DNA of 64,000 nt from Ranitomeya imitator (Eukaryota). How positions within the stretch are numbered: position 1 is the stretch's first letter; each line of letters starts with the position of its first letter. Where the stretch lies: contig NC_091288.1 of the NCBI RefSeq assembly GCF_032444005.1, positions 55,862,001 through 55,926,000 of the forward strand, read 5' to 3'. Of the stretch, positions 39,571 through 51,455 are shown one piece after another. The position numbers were made by a program, and so were the translations under genes. The notes below the pieces were generated by a model. The model was not told the DNA's origin. It did not search any database and saw nothing but the letters and a program-made list of their open reading frames with translations.

Positions 39571-40916
39571 TTACACCATTTCATACTGCCAGTCAACTGA
39601 TCCTGCAGGAGACATGAAGTAGTCTGCAAAACTGTCCCGCATTCTGGAGACTGCTACTGGACTGCGAAAAGTGGGGTTGTGGTAATCCCGTAAGGTGCTT
39701 TCTGACACATTATCCTCCAGGGAAACTTGTTCTTTTGATAAAACAAAATTGTGCAGGACAACGCACGCTTTGACCACATCATCGACAGTTTCAGTCTGCA
39801 GTTTAATTGCAGTTAGCAGGACTCTCCATTTGGCAGTTAAGATGCCAAAAGCACATTCCACTACTCTTCGTGCTCTGGTTAAGCGGTAATTGTAAATTTT
39901 TTTCCTCTGGGTCAGTCCACTACTTCCAAAGGGTTTCAGCAAGTGTGGGGAAAGCTGGAAGGCATCATCTCCAACACAAACAAATGGTAATGGTGGACCA
40001 GTGGTTCCAGGGAGAGGTCTAGGGGGCGGAAAATCAAATGTCTCTCCATATAAACGGCGCCCCATTGGTGAATTTTTAAAGATTTGTGAATCATTTGCGC
40101 GTCCATACGCACCGATATCAACAGCGATGAACTTGCATTGTGCATCGGCTATAGCCATCAACACAATAGAGAAGTACTTCTTATAGTTATAAAACTGTGA
40201 TCCAGAGCCTGAAGGTTTGACGATCCGTATGTGCTTTCCATCAACTGCTCCAACACAATTTGGAAACTGGCAAATTTGATGAAAATTTTGGGCGATCTCC
40301 AGCCACCTCTCCTGTGATGGCTCTGGAATGTATTCCACTTGTAGGCACTCCCACAATGCCCGGCAGGTATCTCTGATGATCCCCGAGATGGTGGATATCC
40401 CAAGTCAAAATTGGAAATGGAGGGATGAGAACGACTCTCCAGTTGCAAGGAATCTGTTAACAAAACGAAAAGACAATAATTAATAAAAAAATTCAAAAAA
40501 CATTACAGTTATAAGTCTGATGAATGAGAATCATTTAAAAAAAAAATTACTTACCGAATAGTCACCATGAGACGCTCTGCTGGTGATATTGAGAATCGCA
40601 TCTGGGTGTCTCGTCTCCGTATACAGTCTTCCACATAGCCCAATAAAAACTCGAAATTTTCAGCTCTCATCCTCACATAATTGAAGAACTTTTGAGGGTT
40701 TTCCCTTAGTTCCATGTAAAGCGTGGAATAAACACCACGGGTCATACGTTGTGCTGTGATGGGATGGATCCACAGCCTTCTCTTCCGCCGCTGCCGTAGG
40801 ATGCGCAGTCTTTGTTCCTCCCTCTCTCGAACGCTGACTGCCAACTGATTTGCCTCAAAAGTAAAATCCGCATAGATCTTTGCAATGTTCGCCAGGACTC
40901 CTTCCATTTCTGCCAC
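39571..40916 (-). pseudogene. Harbinger DDE nuclease (HARBI1-like), 2 exons, one nonsense codon
   Basis: Exons 40916-40555 and 40453-39571; GAVDGKH, GDDAF, RRVVECAFG; in-frame TGA at 40405-40407 in QF*LG. Confidence 0.88.
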
Positions 40917-42780
40917 TTTCTCTACAACCTTTCAAAGATGTGGTGTAAATACACGCTATATATAGTTTTCCAGTAGCCAATCACATTGAAATTCTCCCCT
41001 TTTAAAAAACGGATCCGTCAAAAAACGGTTACAACGGATGTAAAAACGGTCGCAACGATGTCGGACCTAACTGACGCCACACAACTGAAGTGTGAAAGAA
41101 GCCTTAGTCACCGAGTAGCCCATGCTTCTTTTTTGTTTTCATTTTCAATATTTTAAAGAGTAACCGCCCTATTATTTTCTATTTTCTAAATCAATAGTAG
41201 CATTGCAATAGATCTTATCAGAGAAGTCGGCTTCTTTCTCCACCTGGACTGAACTTTCTCTCCCAATTTAAGGGTAAAGTCTGTAAAATCTGCATTTAGT
41301 GAAGATAGATCTTCCCATTACTGATAGGAGATGGCAGGTGGTGCTCACAGAATTCAATGGAGGGAGCAGGAGCTAAAGGCCGACACAGACATTCCACTGC
41401 AGGTTCCATAGAAGCTTATGAGCACCAACTGTCATTATCCATCTAATGGGAAAGTATTCACTGAATACAGAGTTTTACCCGTGAATTGAGAAATTTGATA
41501 ACGAATGATCAGTCCAGGAGGAGAAAGAAGATTATATATACACACACACACAGGTGCTTCTCACAAAATTAGAATATCATCAAAAAGTTATTTTATTTCA
41601 GTTCTTCAATACAAAAAGTGTAACTCGTATACTATATAGAGTCATTACAGAGTGATCTATTTCAAGTGTTTATTTCTGTTAATGTTGATGATTATGGCTT
41701 ACAGCCAATGAAAACCCAAAAGTCATTATCTTAGTAAATTAGAATACTTTATAACACCAGCTTGAAAAATGATTTTAAAATCTGAAATATTGGTCTACTG
41801 AAATGTATGTTCAGTAAATGCACTCAGTACTTGGTCGGGGCTCCTTTTGCATCAATTACTGCATCAATGCGGCGTGGCATGGAGGCGATCAGTCTGTGGC
41901 ACTGCTGAGGGGTTATGGAAGCCCAGGGTGGTTTGATAGCAGCCTTCAGGCCCAATCAAGCACAGTGATACTGTTATTTATAAACCGGTATTGGTACTTG
42001 TGGCAGTGTGGACAGGGGCCAAGTCCTGCTAGAGAATGAAATTTCCATCTCCAGAAAGCTTGTCGGCAGAGGGAAGCATGAAGTGCTCTAAAATTTCCTG
42101 GTAGACGGCTGCGCTGAGTTTGGTCTTGATAAAACACAGTGGACCTACACCAGCAGATGACATGGCTCCCCAAACCATCACTGATTGTGGAAACTTCACC
42201 CCAGACCTCCAGCAGCTTGGATTGTGGCATCTCCACTCTTCCTCCAGACTCTGGGACTTTGATTTCCAAATGAAATGCAAAATTTACTTTCACCTGGAAA
42301 CAATACCTTGGACCACAGTCCAGTTCTTATCCTCCTTGGCCCAGGTAAGACACTTCTGGTATTGTCTATTGATCATGAGTGGCTTGACACAAGAAAAGTG
42401 ACACTTGTAGCCCATGTCCTGGATATGTCTGTGTGTGGTGGCTCTTGAAGCAATGACTCCAGCAGCAGTTCACTCCTTGTGAATCTCAACCAAATTTTTG
42501 AATGACCTTTTCTTAACAATTCTTTCAAGGCTGCGGTTATCCCGGTTGCTTGTGCACCTTTTTCTACCACACTTTTTCCTTCCACTCAACTTTCCATTAA
42601 TAATCTTGGATACAGCACTCTGTGAGCAGACAGCTTCTTTAGCAATGTAGTTAGAAACACGTGTGCACAACCGTATGAGGTGCACGGGTAGGTTCCCAAA
42701 CCGTAATCAGCAAATAATACAAAACCCGGCACTCAACTTTGTGGTGTGAAGAAACGAAAGATTTATTATCCCAAATCAGA

Positions 42781-42814
42781 AAACGTTTCGGTCACACAAC
42801 TGGACCTTCATCAG
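42781..42814 (-). ncRNA. Minimal hammerhead ribozyme-like motif, copy 1
   Basis: CTGATGA-A-GGTC-cagttgtgt-GACC-GAAACGTT; the stem III palindrome ACGT fits the dimeric PLE-type hammerhead; stem I is weak. Confidence 0.6.
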
Positions 42815-44274
42815 TAACTGAAATAAGTATGTACATACAGTACAGCATAATTAAAAACCATAATTGGGAAAACATAAATAAAACTGTGAACAAAAATAAC
42901 CAAAGTATATACAACATATGCAACATCCTATGCATATGACTATGGCGAAAATGATGGTGGGTGGATACTAGTGGTATAAGAGAGTGACCTATGTCGTGGC
43001 ACAGTGGTAGTACAGTGGTGGAGTTTTACATACCGTTTACTGGGACAATATATAGATTCAAGTGGCTATATGGCCTGCCTGGGAGGTGGAACATAAATTA
43101 TAGTGAGAGAGTGGACTGCGGTACTATAAACGAGAAGACAAAAGAAGCAGGAGTGTATGGACACCTACCCGGAGGTAGCTACCAATATAGTATTGGATAT
43201 CCAGAGAGAAAAGTTACAGCCTAGAAGAAATAGAACATCTATGACGGACCCTGATGGAGTTACATACTGGAGAGACGCTGAAGAGTGTAGCATGTAATTA
43301 CCTATATGGGTGCTGTCATCGCGGCGTCCACCGCTGAATAGCAAGTGAGGAGAGAGGGCCGTGGGGCTGTTTATATAGTGGCAGAGACTGGGAGGATGTC
43401 AGCTGTGAGCATGAGAGCGGTGCTTAACCGCCCAGGAAGTGGGCGGAATTAGGCAGAAGTGACCTGCCAGGAAGAGCAGGTGACATGGACGGTGGTGTGC
43501 GGGCGCCATCTTGGAGGTGGCAGTGCTAAAAAGTAGATAGACTGTGCCTGACCACAGCCGCCAGTGTGCGATACATAGGGCTATAAGGGCGGCTGGAGTT
43601 CGCATGTCCAGACGCTTACATCGGGTATGAGAGGCTATGTGCGCAGCGATTTATACACTACCCGGAAAAAAGACTGTAATGCGCATGCCTGTAACTGCCT
43701 GCATTAAGCTGTGTGGAGAAAAAAAAAAAAAAAAAAAAAAAAAAGTGCGGCAATAAAAATACTGCAAATAAATGAAAATGAGCCTGTTAAAAATAGGCGG
43801 GAGTAAATTAACCGCATGTACATGTACCCGAATACAGGGATACTATAATGCCCATCAGGGGCCACGGGAAGGTTGTAGTGCAGTTGTAAGGTTAAAGATG
43901 GCAGAGGAGAGGTATGTGTAACCGTCATAGAAAGAGGGTATATATAAACTGAAGCAGATTGGAAAAAAGGTATAAGGACCAAGATGCACCAACATACCAG
44001 CAGGCCAATGGTAGAAAGGATGGAAAAATGACAGCCGTCAGAGGAGAGAGCAGTAGTGGAAGTGTTTTGACCGATGACAAGAACAGTACTGAGATGGTGT
44101 TGATAACACATAACAATAATAGCTATAACAGGGGGACGTGAGTATCCTGAGCATAGTGATGACAAGTGGGTGGAACTGTGCTCGTGATCCATTATGCCGA
44201 CAATTCAATATAGACGACTCTAAAAAAACAGAGAAAAGCAAGTTAGTAACAAAGTAGGGTAATATTGATATACA

Positions 44275-46737
44275 TCATATAAACGCCATCAGCTCATAGT
44301 CCCGATTCAAGCCTTTCGGAGAGAGGGTTTCCAGAGTATGGATCCAGAAAGCCTCCTTCTTTTTGAGCAAAGTGATCCTATCACCACCCCGCCTTGGGGG
44401 TGGTACATGGTCAATGACCTGGTATTTTAATTGGGAAACAAAGTGTCCTTGAGTATGAAAGTGGTATGGGATGGGAAGGAGTAGGTTGCTACAACGGATG
44501 GTGGATTTATGTTTTGAAATCCTATCCCTGACCGGTTGTGTAGTTTCCCCTATGTAAAGTAAGCCACACGGGCATTTGATAAGGTACACTACATAGGTGG
44601 AGTCGCAGGTGAAGAAGTTCTTGATATGAAATGTTTTGCCAGATCTGGGGTGTTGGAACGTGTTCCCCTTTTGTATGTTATTGCACTGTGCGCAATGAAG
44701 GCACGGAAAGGTGCCAGTCTTTGGTCGTGAGAGGAAGATCTGTCGACGTGGGTCCTTAGGCCCAATGTCAGCTTTGACCAGATTGTCCCTTAAGTTGGGG
44801 GGTCTCCTAAAGCATGGTAAAAAGGGCTCCTTAAATTCTGGTATGTCAGGGTGGGCTGTAGAAAGGAGATGCCAGTGTCTCCTGATGGTTTTGTGAAGAA
44901 TGAAGGAGAAGGGGTGATATGCATGCACGAAGGGAATGCGTTTTTCTGTGTTCCTCCTGGCTATTTGGGGTGGAGGGTCCCTAGACCGTGCCAGTATTGC
45001 CGAGGGATAACCCCTCTTAAGAAATTTCGTGGTCATGCCCTGGAGACGTTCCTCACAGAGTATTGGATCCGGGACTATGCGTTTGACCCGTTGGTATTGT
45101 GATATAGGAATCGAGCGTTTCGTGGATGGTGGGTGGAAGCTCTGGTAGTGTAGCAAGCTATTCCTGTCCGTTGGCTTAGAGTATAGATCAGTAGTAAGTA
45201 GGCCCGCTGAATCTTTGAGCACCGTAGTGTCTAGAAAATTAATGGCGTTCTGGTCATGACTGATAGTGAATTTGATGCCTGGCCAGGCATCATTGAGGAA
45301 AAGGAAGAACTCCTGCAAGGACTCCAATGAGCCCCCCCATAGGCAAAAAACATCATCTATGTATCGTTTCCACACGGAAACGTTGTGAATAAACAAAGGA
45401 TGTTTGTAGATGACGGACGTCTCGAATAATGCCATGTACGTGTTAGCGTACGGGGGCGCTACATTCGAGCCCATTGCGGTCCCCCGTCTCTGCAAGTAAA
45501 AGGAATCCTGGAAGAGAAAAAAGTTATTATAGAGTACCGTTGTCAGTAATTCAATACAAAGATTGATCTGGTCCGTATCAAGGCCTGCGGCGGTGAGGGA
45601 CTGGTGTACCGCATTAATGCCGTTCAGATGCGGAATGGACGTGTACAAGTCCTTAACATCTAAAGTTACCAGGAGGGTGTTTGGAGGTACCCTATGTAGA
45701 TCCCTGATACATTGTAAAAAATCCCCAGTGTCCAAGATGAATGATGCTGATCTCTGAGTAATAGGTGTGAGGATTTTTTCCAGGTATCGTGATAGTGGGG
45801 AAGTGATTGAATCTGTGGAGGCCACAATTGGCCTGCCCGGGGGATTAGACAGATTTTTGTGTATTTTTGGTAAGGTATAAAATACCGGTGTGATGGGGTT
45901 CTTCTTTCTCAGAAAATCACTTGTCTTAGGATCAATGATCCCTAGGTGTGAGTATTTGCTATCAATTTTACCCCTAATCTCTGTAGAGGGATCTCTCGAG
46001 AGTCGGTCATAAATAGAGGTATCATTAAGCTGGCGATGGATCTCCGCTATGTATTGTGCCTTGTCCATTATGACAAGCGCGCCACCCTTGTCTGCTGGTT
46101 TTATGATGAGGTTGGGGTCTTTCTGTAGTGTGACTAATGCCTGATATTCCGTAGCAGAGAGATTAGATGGATAGTGTAGTCTACCTTTTTCAATATCGTC
46201 GCGTATAGTGTGGAACGACTCTTGGACGAAGCCAATAAATGTCTCCACAGCGTGGGAGCCCTGAGGTGGGCGGAAGGAACTTTTGTCCCGTAGGCCTAAT
46301 GTCACAATAGACATAGGGTTGGTACAGGGGGGTGGGGTGTTGATTGGAGAAGAGGCAAAATGGGTCTTAAGTCTTAGTAAACGAAAAAAGCGTTGTAAGT
46401 CCATCTCTAGATCAAATGTTTTACACTGATACGAGGGACAGAAAGACAAGCCCTTTTGTAATACCCCAAGTTCTGCAACCCCCAGGGATCTAGAAGAAAT
46501 GTTCACCACCAATGATTCTGTACCTTGGATCTCGTGATCCGCATTTGATCCGTGGTGTCCCTTCTTGGAGGCGCTCCGTCGGGTTTTCTTTTTGGAAATC
46601 GGCGTCGTTGTCCTAAAAAAAGGCTTGAAGTAGAGGGGAGGACGTTCCTCTCTTGGTCTGAGCCCGAGGTGGAATAGTCTGTAGAGGATCTCTGGTTGCG
46701 TGCAGGTTGGCGTCTTGATGTCGAGTTGTCGTGCCAT
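44275..46737 (-). CDS. PLE ORF2: reverse transcriptase plus GIY-YIG endonuclease, intact
   Basis: LDVKDLYTSIP, GTAMGSNVAP, RYIDD, CxxCxxC linker (CLHCAQC), VVYLIKCPCGLLYIGET, KEAFWI...GLN; 820 codons with no internal stop. Confidence 0.95.
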   Translation of the reverse strand: MARQLDIKTPTCTQPEILYRLFHLGLRPREERPPLYFKPFFRTTTPISKKKTRRSASKKGHHGSNADHEIQGTESLVVNISSRSLGVAELGVLQKGLSFCPSYQCKTFDLEMDLQRFFRLLRLKTHFASSPINTPPPCTNPMSIVTLGLRDKSSFRPPQGSHAVETFIGFVQESFHTIRDDIEKGRLHYPSNLSATEYQALVTLQKDPNLIIKPADKGGALVIMDKAQYIAEIHRQLNDTSIYDRLSRDPSTEIRGKIDSKYSHLGIIDPKTSDFLRKKNPITPVFYTLPKIHKNLSNPPGRPIVASTDSITSPLSRYLEKILTPITQRSASFILDTGDFLQCIRDLHRVPPNTLLVTLDVKDLYTSIPHLNGINAVHQSLTAAGLDTDQINLCIELLTTVLYNNFFLFQDSFYLQRRGTAMGSNVAPPYANTYMALFETSVIYKHPLFIHNVSVWKRYIDDVFCLWGGSLESLQEFFLFLNDAWPGIKFTISHDQNAINFLDTTVLKDSAGLLTTDLYSKPTDRNSLLHYQSFHPPSTKRSIPISQYQRVKRIVPDPILCEERLQGMTTKFLKRGYPSAILARSRDPPPQIARRNTEKRIPFVHAYHPFSFILHKTIRRHWHLLSTAHPDIPEFKEPFLPCFRRPPNLRDNLVKADIGPKDPRRQIFLSRPKTGTFPCLHCAQCNNIQKGNTFQHPRSGKTFHIKNFFTCDSTYVVYLIKCPCGLLYIGETTQPVRDRISKHKSTIRCSNLLLPIPYHFHTQGHFVSQLKYQVIDHVPPPRRGGDRITLLKKKEAFWIHTLETLSPKGLNRDYELMAFI

Positions 46738-47264
46738 CGGTATACTTGATTAGTCTCGTAGTCAATCGTGTCACGAGAGAATTTGCTGCGTTTGCGGTTC
46801 TCAGTATCCCTTTTATGTAGATCAACCCGCTCCTGGATCTGGGTCCTCAAGGTGCTCAGTTCCTCTGCTGTACCGGTGGAAGACAGCTGAGTTTCGATAC
46901 TTTTGATTTTGGCCGCGTTGGTATCAATTGCTTTGTGAAGATGTTCTAGGGTGAGTGTTATCAGATCAAATGAACATTTATTAAGTATCTGTTCAAACCT
47001 CAGACAATAATCAGAACAGTCACTAAACAGGGTGGGACGGAGGGGGACTCGAAGCCCTCTGGGGATCCTCTTAACACGGAGGTACTCGGAGAGGGTGGCG
47101 CAGTGCAATTCTATGTTGACTTGGTGCCTAAGTGCTCGTTCAAGGTCACGTCCCCGTGTCTCACGTGGGGGTATTTTCAGAAAGTCACAGGAGAGAGTGG
47201 ACTGTGCCAGAATAGAAGAACACTCTTCATTATTGTATGAAAAAGTATTGGAGGTCATAGCCAT
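46503..47264 (-). CDS. PLE ORF1 (253 aa from the first ATG), helical/coiled-coil-like with a basic C-terminus
   Basis: Open frame (LSEYLRVKRIPRGLRV...ILNKCSFDLI) immediately downstream of the pLTR; overlaps ORF2 by 235 nt, with ORF2 in the -1 frame. Confidence 0.75.
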   Translation of the reverse strand: MAMTSNTFSYNNEECSSILAQSTLSCDFLKIPPRETRGRDLERALRHQVNIELHCATLSEYLRVKRIPRGLRVPLRPTLFSDCSDYCLRFEQILNKCSFDLITLTLEHLHKAIDTNAAKIKSIETQLSSTGTAEELSTLRTQIQERVDLHKRDTENRKRSKFSRDTIDYETNQVYRWHDNSTSRRQPARNQRSSTDYSTSGSDQERNVLPSTSSLFLGQRRRFPKRKPDGAPPRRDTTDQMRITRSKVQNHWW

Positions 47265-47428
47265 AAAGGTGTGCCACACGTAAGGGGAGACAACGTAGTT
47301 AGAAACACGTGTGCACAACCGTATGAGGTGCACGGGTAGGTTCCCAAACCGTAATCAGCAAATAATACAAAACCCGGCACTCAACTTTGTGGTGTGAAGA
47401 AACGAAAGATTTATTATCCCAAATCAGA

Positions 47429-47462
47429 AAACGTTTCGGTCACACAACTGGACCTTCATCAG
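47429..47462 (-). ncRNA. Hammerhead-like motif, copy 2
   Basis: Identical to copy 1 at an offset of 4648 nt. Confidence 0.6.
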
Positions 47463-48936
47463 TAACTGAAATAAGTATGTACATACAGTACAGCATAATT
47501 AAAAACCATAATTGGGAAAACATAAATAAAACTGTGAACAAAAATAACCAAAGTATATACAACATATGCAACATCCTATGCATAGGACTATGGCGAAAAT
47601 GATGGTGGGTGGATACTAGTGGTATAAGAGAGTGACCTATGTCGTGGCACAGTGGTAGTACAGTGGTGGAGTTTTACATACCGTTTACTGGGACAATATA
47701 TAGATTCAAGTGGCTATATGGCCTGCCTGGGAGGTGGAACATAAATTATAGTGAGAGAGTGGACTGCGGTACTATAAACGAGAAGACAAAAGAAGCAGGA
47801 GTGTATGGACACCTACCCGGAGGTAGCTACCAATATAGTATTGGATATCCAGAGAGAAAAGTTACAGCCTAGAAGAAATAGAACATCTATGACGGACCCT
47901 GATGGAGTTACATACTGGAGAGACGCTGAAGAGTGTAGCATGTAATTACCTATATGGGTGCTGTCATCGCGGCGTCCACCGCTGAATAGCAAGTGAGGAG
48001 AGAGGGCCGTGGGGCTGTTTATATAGTGGCAGAGACTGGGAGGATGTCAGCTGTGAGCATGAGAGCGGTGCTTAACCGCCCAGGAAGTGGGCGGAATTAG
48101 GCAGAAGTGACCTGCCAGGAAGAGCAGGTGACATGGACGGTGGTGTGCGGGCGCCATCTTGGAGGTGGCAGTGCTAAAAAGTAGATAGACTGTGCCTGAC
48201 CACAGCCGCCAGTGTGCGATACATAGGGCTATAAGGGCGGCTGGAGTTCGCATGTCCTGACGCTTACATCGGGTATGAGAGGCTATGTGCGCAGCGATTT
48301 ATACACTACCCGGAAAAAAGACTGTAATGCGCATGCCTGTAACTGCCTGCATTAAGCTGTGTGGAAAAAAAAAAAAAAAAAGTGCGGCAATAAAAATACT
48401 GCAAATAAATGAAAATGAGCCTGTTAAAAATGAAAGAAGGCTAATTAGCAAACGCCAGGCGGGAGTAAATTAACCGCATGTACATGTACCCGAATACAGG
48501 GATACTATAATGCCCATCAGGGGCCACGGGAAGGTTGTAGTGCAGTTGTAAGGTTAAAGATGGCAGAGGAGAGGTATGTGTAACCGTCATAGAAAGAGGG
48601 TATATATAAACTGAAGCAGATTGGAAAAAAGGTATAAGGACCAAGATGCACCAACATACCAGCAGGCCAATGGTAGAAAGGATGGAAAAATGACAGCCGT
48701 CAGAGGAGAGAGCAGTAGTGGAAGTGTTTTGACCGATGACAAGAACAGTACTGAGATGGTGTTGATAACACATAACAATAATAGCTATAACAGGGGGACG
48801 TGAGTATCCTGAGCATAGTGATGACAAGTGGGTGGAACTGTGCTCGTGATCCATTATGCCGACAATTCAATATAGACGACTCTAAAAAAACAGAGAAAAG
48901 CGAGTTAGTAACAAAGTAGGGTAATATTGATATACA

Positions 48937-49973
48937 TCATATAAACGCCATCAGCTCATAGTCCCGATTCAAGCCTTTCGGAGAGAGGGTTTCCAGAGTA
49001 TGGATCCAGAAAGCCTCCTTCTTTTTGAGCAAAGTGATCCTATCACCACCCCGCCTTGGGGGTGGTACATGGTCAATGACCTGGTATTTTAATTGGGAAA
49101 CAAAGTGTCCTTGAGTATGAAAGTGGTATGGGATGGGAAGGAGTAGGTTGCTACAACGGATGGTGGATTTATGTTTTGAAATCCTATCCCTGACCGGTTG
49201 TGTAGTTTCCCCTATGTAAAGTAAGCCACACGGGCATTTGATAAGGTACACTACATAGGTGGAGTCGCAGGTGAAGAAGTTCTTGATATGAAATGTTTTG
49301 CCAGATCTGGGGTGTTGGAACGCATGCATATCACCCCTTCTCCTTCATTCTTCACAAAACCATCAGGAGACACTGGCATCTCCTTTCTACAGCCCACCCT
49401 GACATACCAGAATTTAAGGAGCCCTTTTTACCATGCTTTAGGAGACCCCCCAACTTAAGGGACAATCTGGTCAAAGCTGACATTGGGCCTAAGGACCCAC
49501 GTCGACAGATCTTCCTCTCACGACCAAAGACTGGCACCTTTCCGTGCCTTCATTGCGCACAGTGCAATAACATACAAAAGGGGAACACGTTCCAACACCC
49601 CAGATCTGGCAAAACATTTCATATCAAGAACTTCTTCACCTGCGACTCCACCTATGTAGTGTACCTTATCAAATGCCCGTGTGGCTTACTTTACATAGGG
49701 GAAACTACACAACCGGTCAGGGATAGGATTTCAAAACATAAATCCACCATCCGTTGTAGCAACCTACTCCTTCCCATCCCATACCACTTTCATACTCAAG
49801 GACACTTTGTTTCCCAATTAAAATACCAGGTCATTGACCATGTACCACCCCCAAGGCGGGGTGGTGATAGGATCACTTTGCTCAAAAAGAAGGAGGCTTT
49901 CTGGATCCATACTCTGGAAACCCTCTCTCCGAAAGGCTTGAATCGGGACTATGAGCTGATGGCGTTTATATGA
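48937..49973. pseudogene. Two 5'-truncated, diverging copies of the PLE ORF2 3' end (48937-49322 minus; 49323-49973 plus)
   Basis: Both encode the same GIY-YIG C-terminus as 44275-46737. Confidence 0.9.
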
Positions 49974-50892
49974 TGTATATCAATATTACCCTACTTTGTT
50001 ACTAACTCGCTTTTCTCTGTTTTTTTAGAGTCGTCTATATTGAATTGTCGGCATAATGGATCACGAGCACAGTTCCACCCACTTGTCATCACTATGCTCA
50101 GGATACTCACGTCCCCCTGTTATAGCTATTATTGTTATGTGTTATCAACACCATCTCAGTACTGTTCTTGTCATCGGTCAAAACACTTCCACTACTGCTC
50201 TCTCCTCTGACGGCTGTCATTTTTCCATCCTTTCTACCATTGGCCTGCTGGTATGTTGGTGCATCTTGGTCCTTATACCTTTTTTCCAATCTGCTTCAGT
50301 TTATATATACCCTCTTTCTATGACGGTTACACATACCTCTCCTCTGCCATCTTTAACCTTACAACTGCACTACAACCTTCCCGTGGCCCCTGATGGGCAT
50401 TATAGTATCCCTGTATTCGGGTACATGTACATGCGGTTAATTTACTCCCGCCTGGCGTTTGCTAATTAGCCTTCTTTCATTTTTAACAGGCTCATTTTCA
50501 TTTATTTGCAGTATTTTTATTGCCGCACTTTTTTTTTTTTTTTTTTTTTTTTTCCACACAGCTTAATGCAGGCAGTTACAGGCATGCGCATTACAGTCTT
50601 TTTTCCGGGTAGTGTATAAATCGCTGCGCACATAGCCTCTCATACCCGATGTAAGCGTCTGGACATGCGAACTCCAGCCGCCCTTATAGCCCTATGTATC
50701 GCACACTGGCGGCTGTGGTCAGGCACAGTCTATCTACTTTTTAGCACTGCCACCTCCAAGATGGCGCCCGCACACCACCGTCCATGTCACCTGCTCTTCC
50801 TGGCAGGTCACTTCTGCCTAATTCCGCCCACTTCCTGGGCGGTTAAGCACCGCTCTCATGCTCACAGCTGACATCCTCCCAGTCTCTGCCAC

Positions 50893-50900
50893 TATATAAA
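50893..50900 (+). promoter_or_regulatory. Candidate pLTR TATA box (minus-strand copies at 43370-43377 and 48018-48025)
   Basis: TATATAAA preceded by YY1-like AAGATGGCG and GC-box/ETS-like CCGCCCACTTCC. Confidence 0.45.
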
Positions 50901-51455
50901 CAGCCCCACGGCCCTCTCTCCTCACTTGCTATTCAGCGGTGGACGCCGCGATGACAGCACCCATATAGGTAATTACATGCTACACTCTTCAGCGTCTCTC
51001 CAGTATGTAACTCCATCAGGGTCCGTCATAGATGTTCTATTTCTTCTAGGCTGTAACTTTTCTCTCTGGATATCCAATACTATATTGGTAGCTACCTCCG
51101 GGTAGGTGTCCATACACTCCTGCTTCTTTTGTCTTCTCGTTTATAGTACCTCAGTCCACTCTCTCACTATGATTTATGTTCCACCTCCCAGGCAGGCCAT
51201 ATAGCCACTTGAATCTATATATTGTCCCAGTAAACGGTATGTAAAACTCCACCACTGTACTACCACTGTGCCACGACATAGGTCACTCTCTTATACCACT
51301 AGTATCCACCCACCATCATTTTCGCCATAGTCATATGCATAGGATGTTGCATATGTTGTATATACTTTGGTTATTTTTGTTCACAGTTTTATTTATGTTT
51401 TCCCAATTATGGTTTTTAATTATGCTGTACTGTATGTACATACTTATTTCAGTTA

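Larger units (their letters stand above)
34760..41103. mobile_element. PIF/Harbinger transposon, near-autonomous
   Basis: Imperfect TIRs of about 35 bp (GGC(C/T)TCTTTCACACT.CAGT...GGCGTCAGT); TSD TTA/TTA; convergent Myb/SANT and DDE nuclease genes. Confidence 0.92.

Noticed and set aside
40405-40407. In-frame TGA as selenocysteine or readthrough
   Set aside because: The position fits Arg (CGA to TGA) and no SECIS-like element was noticed; a simple nonsense mutation is more parsimonious.
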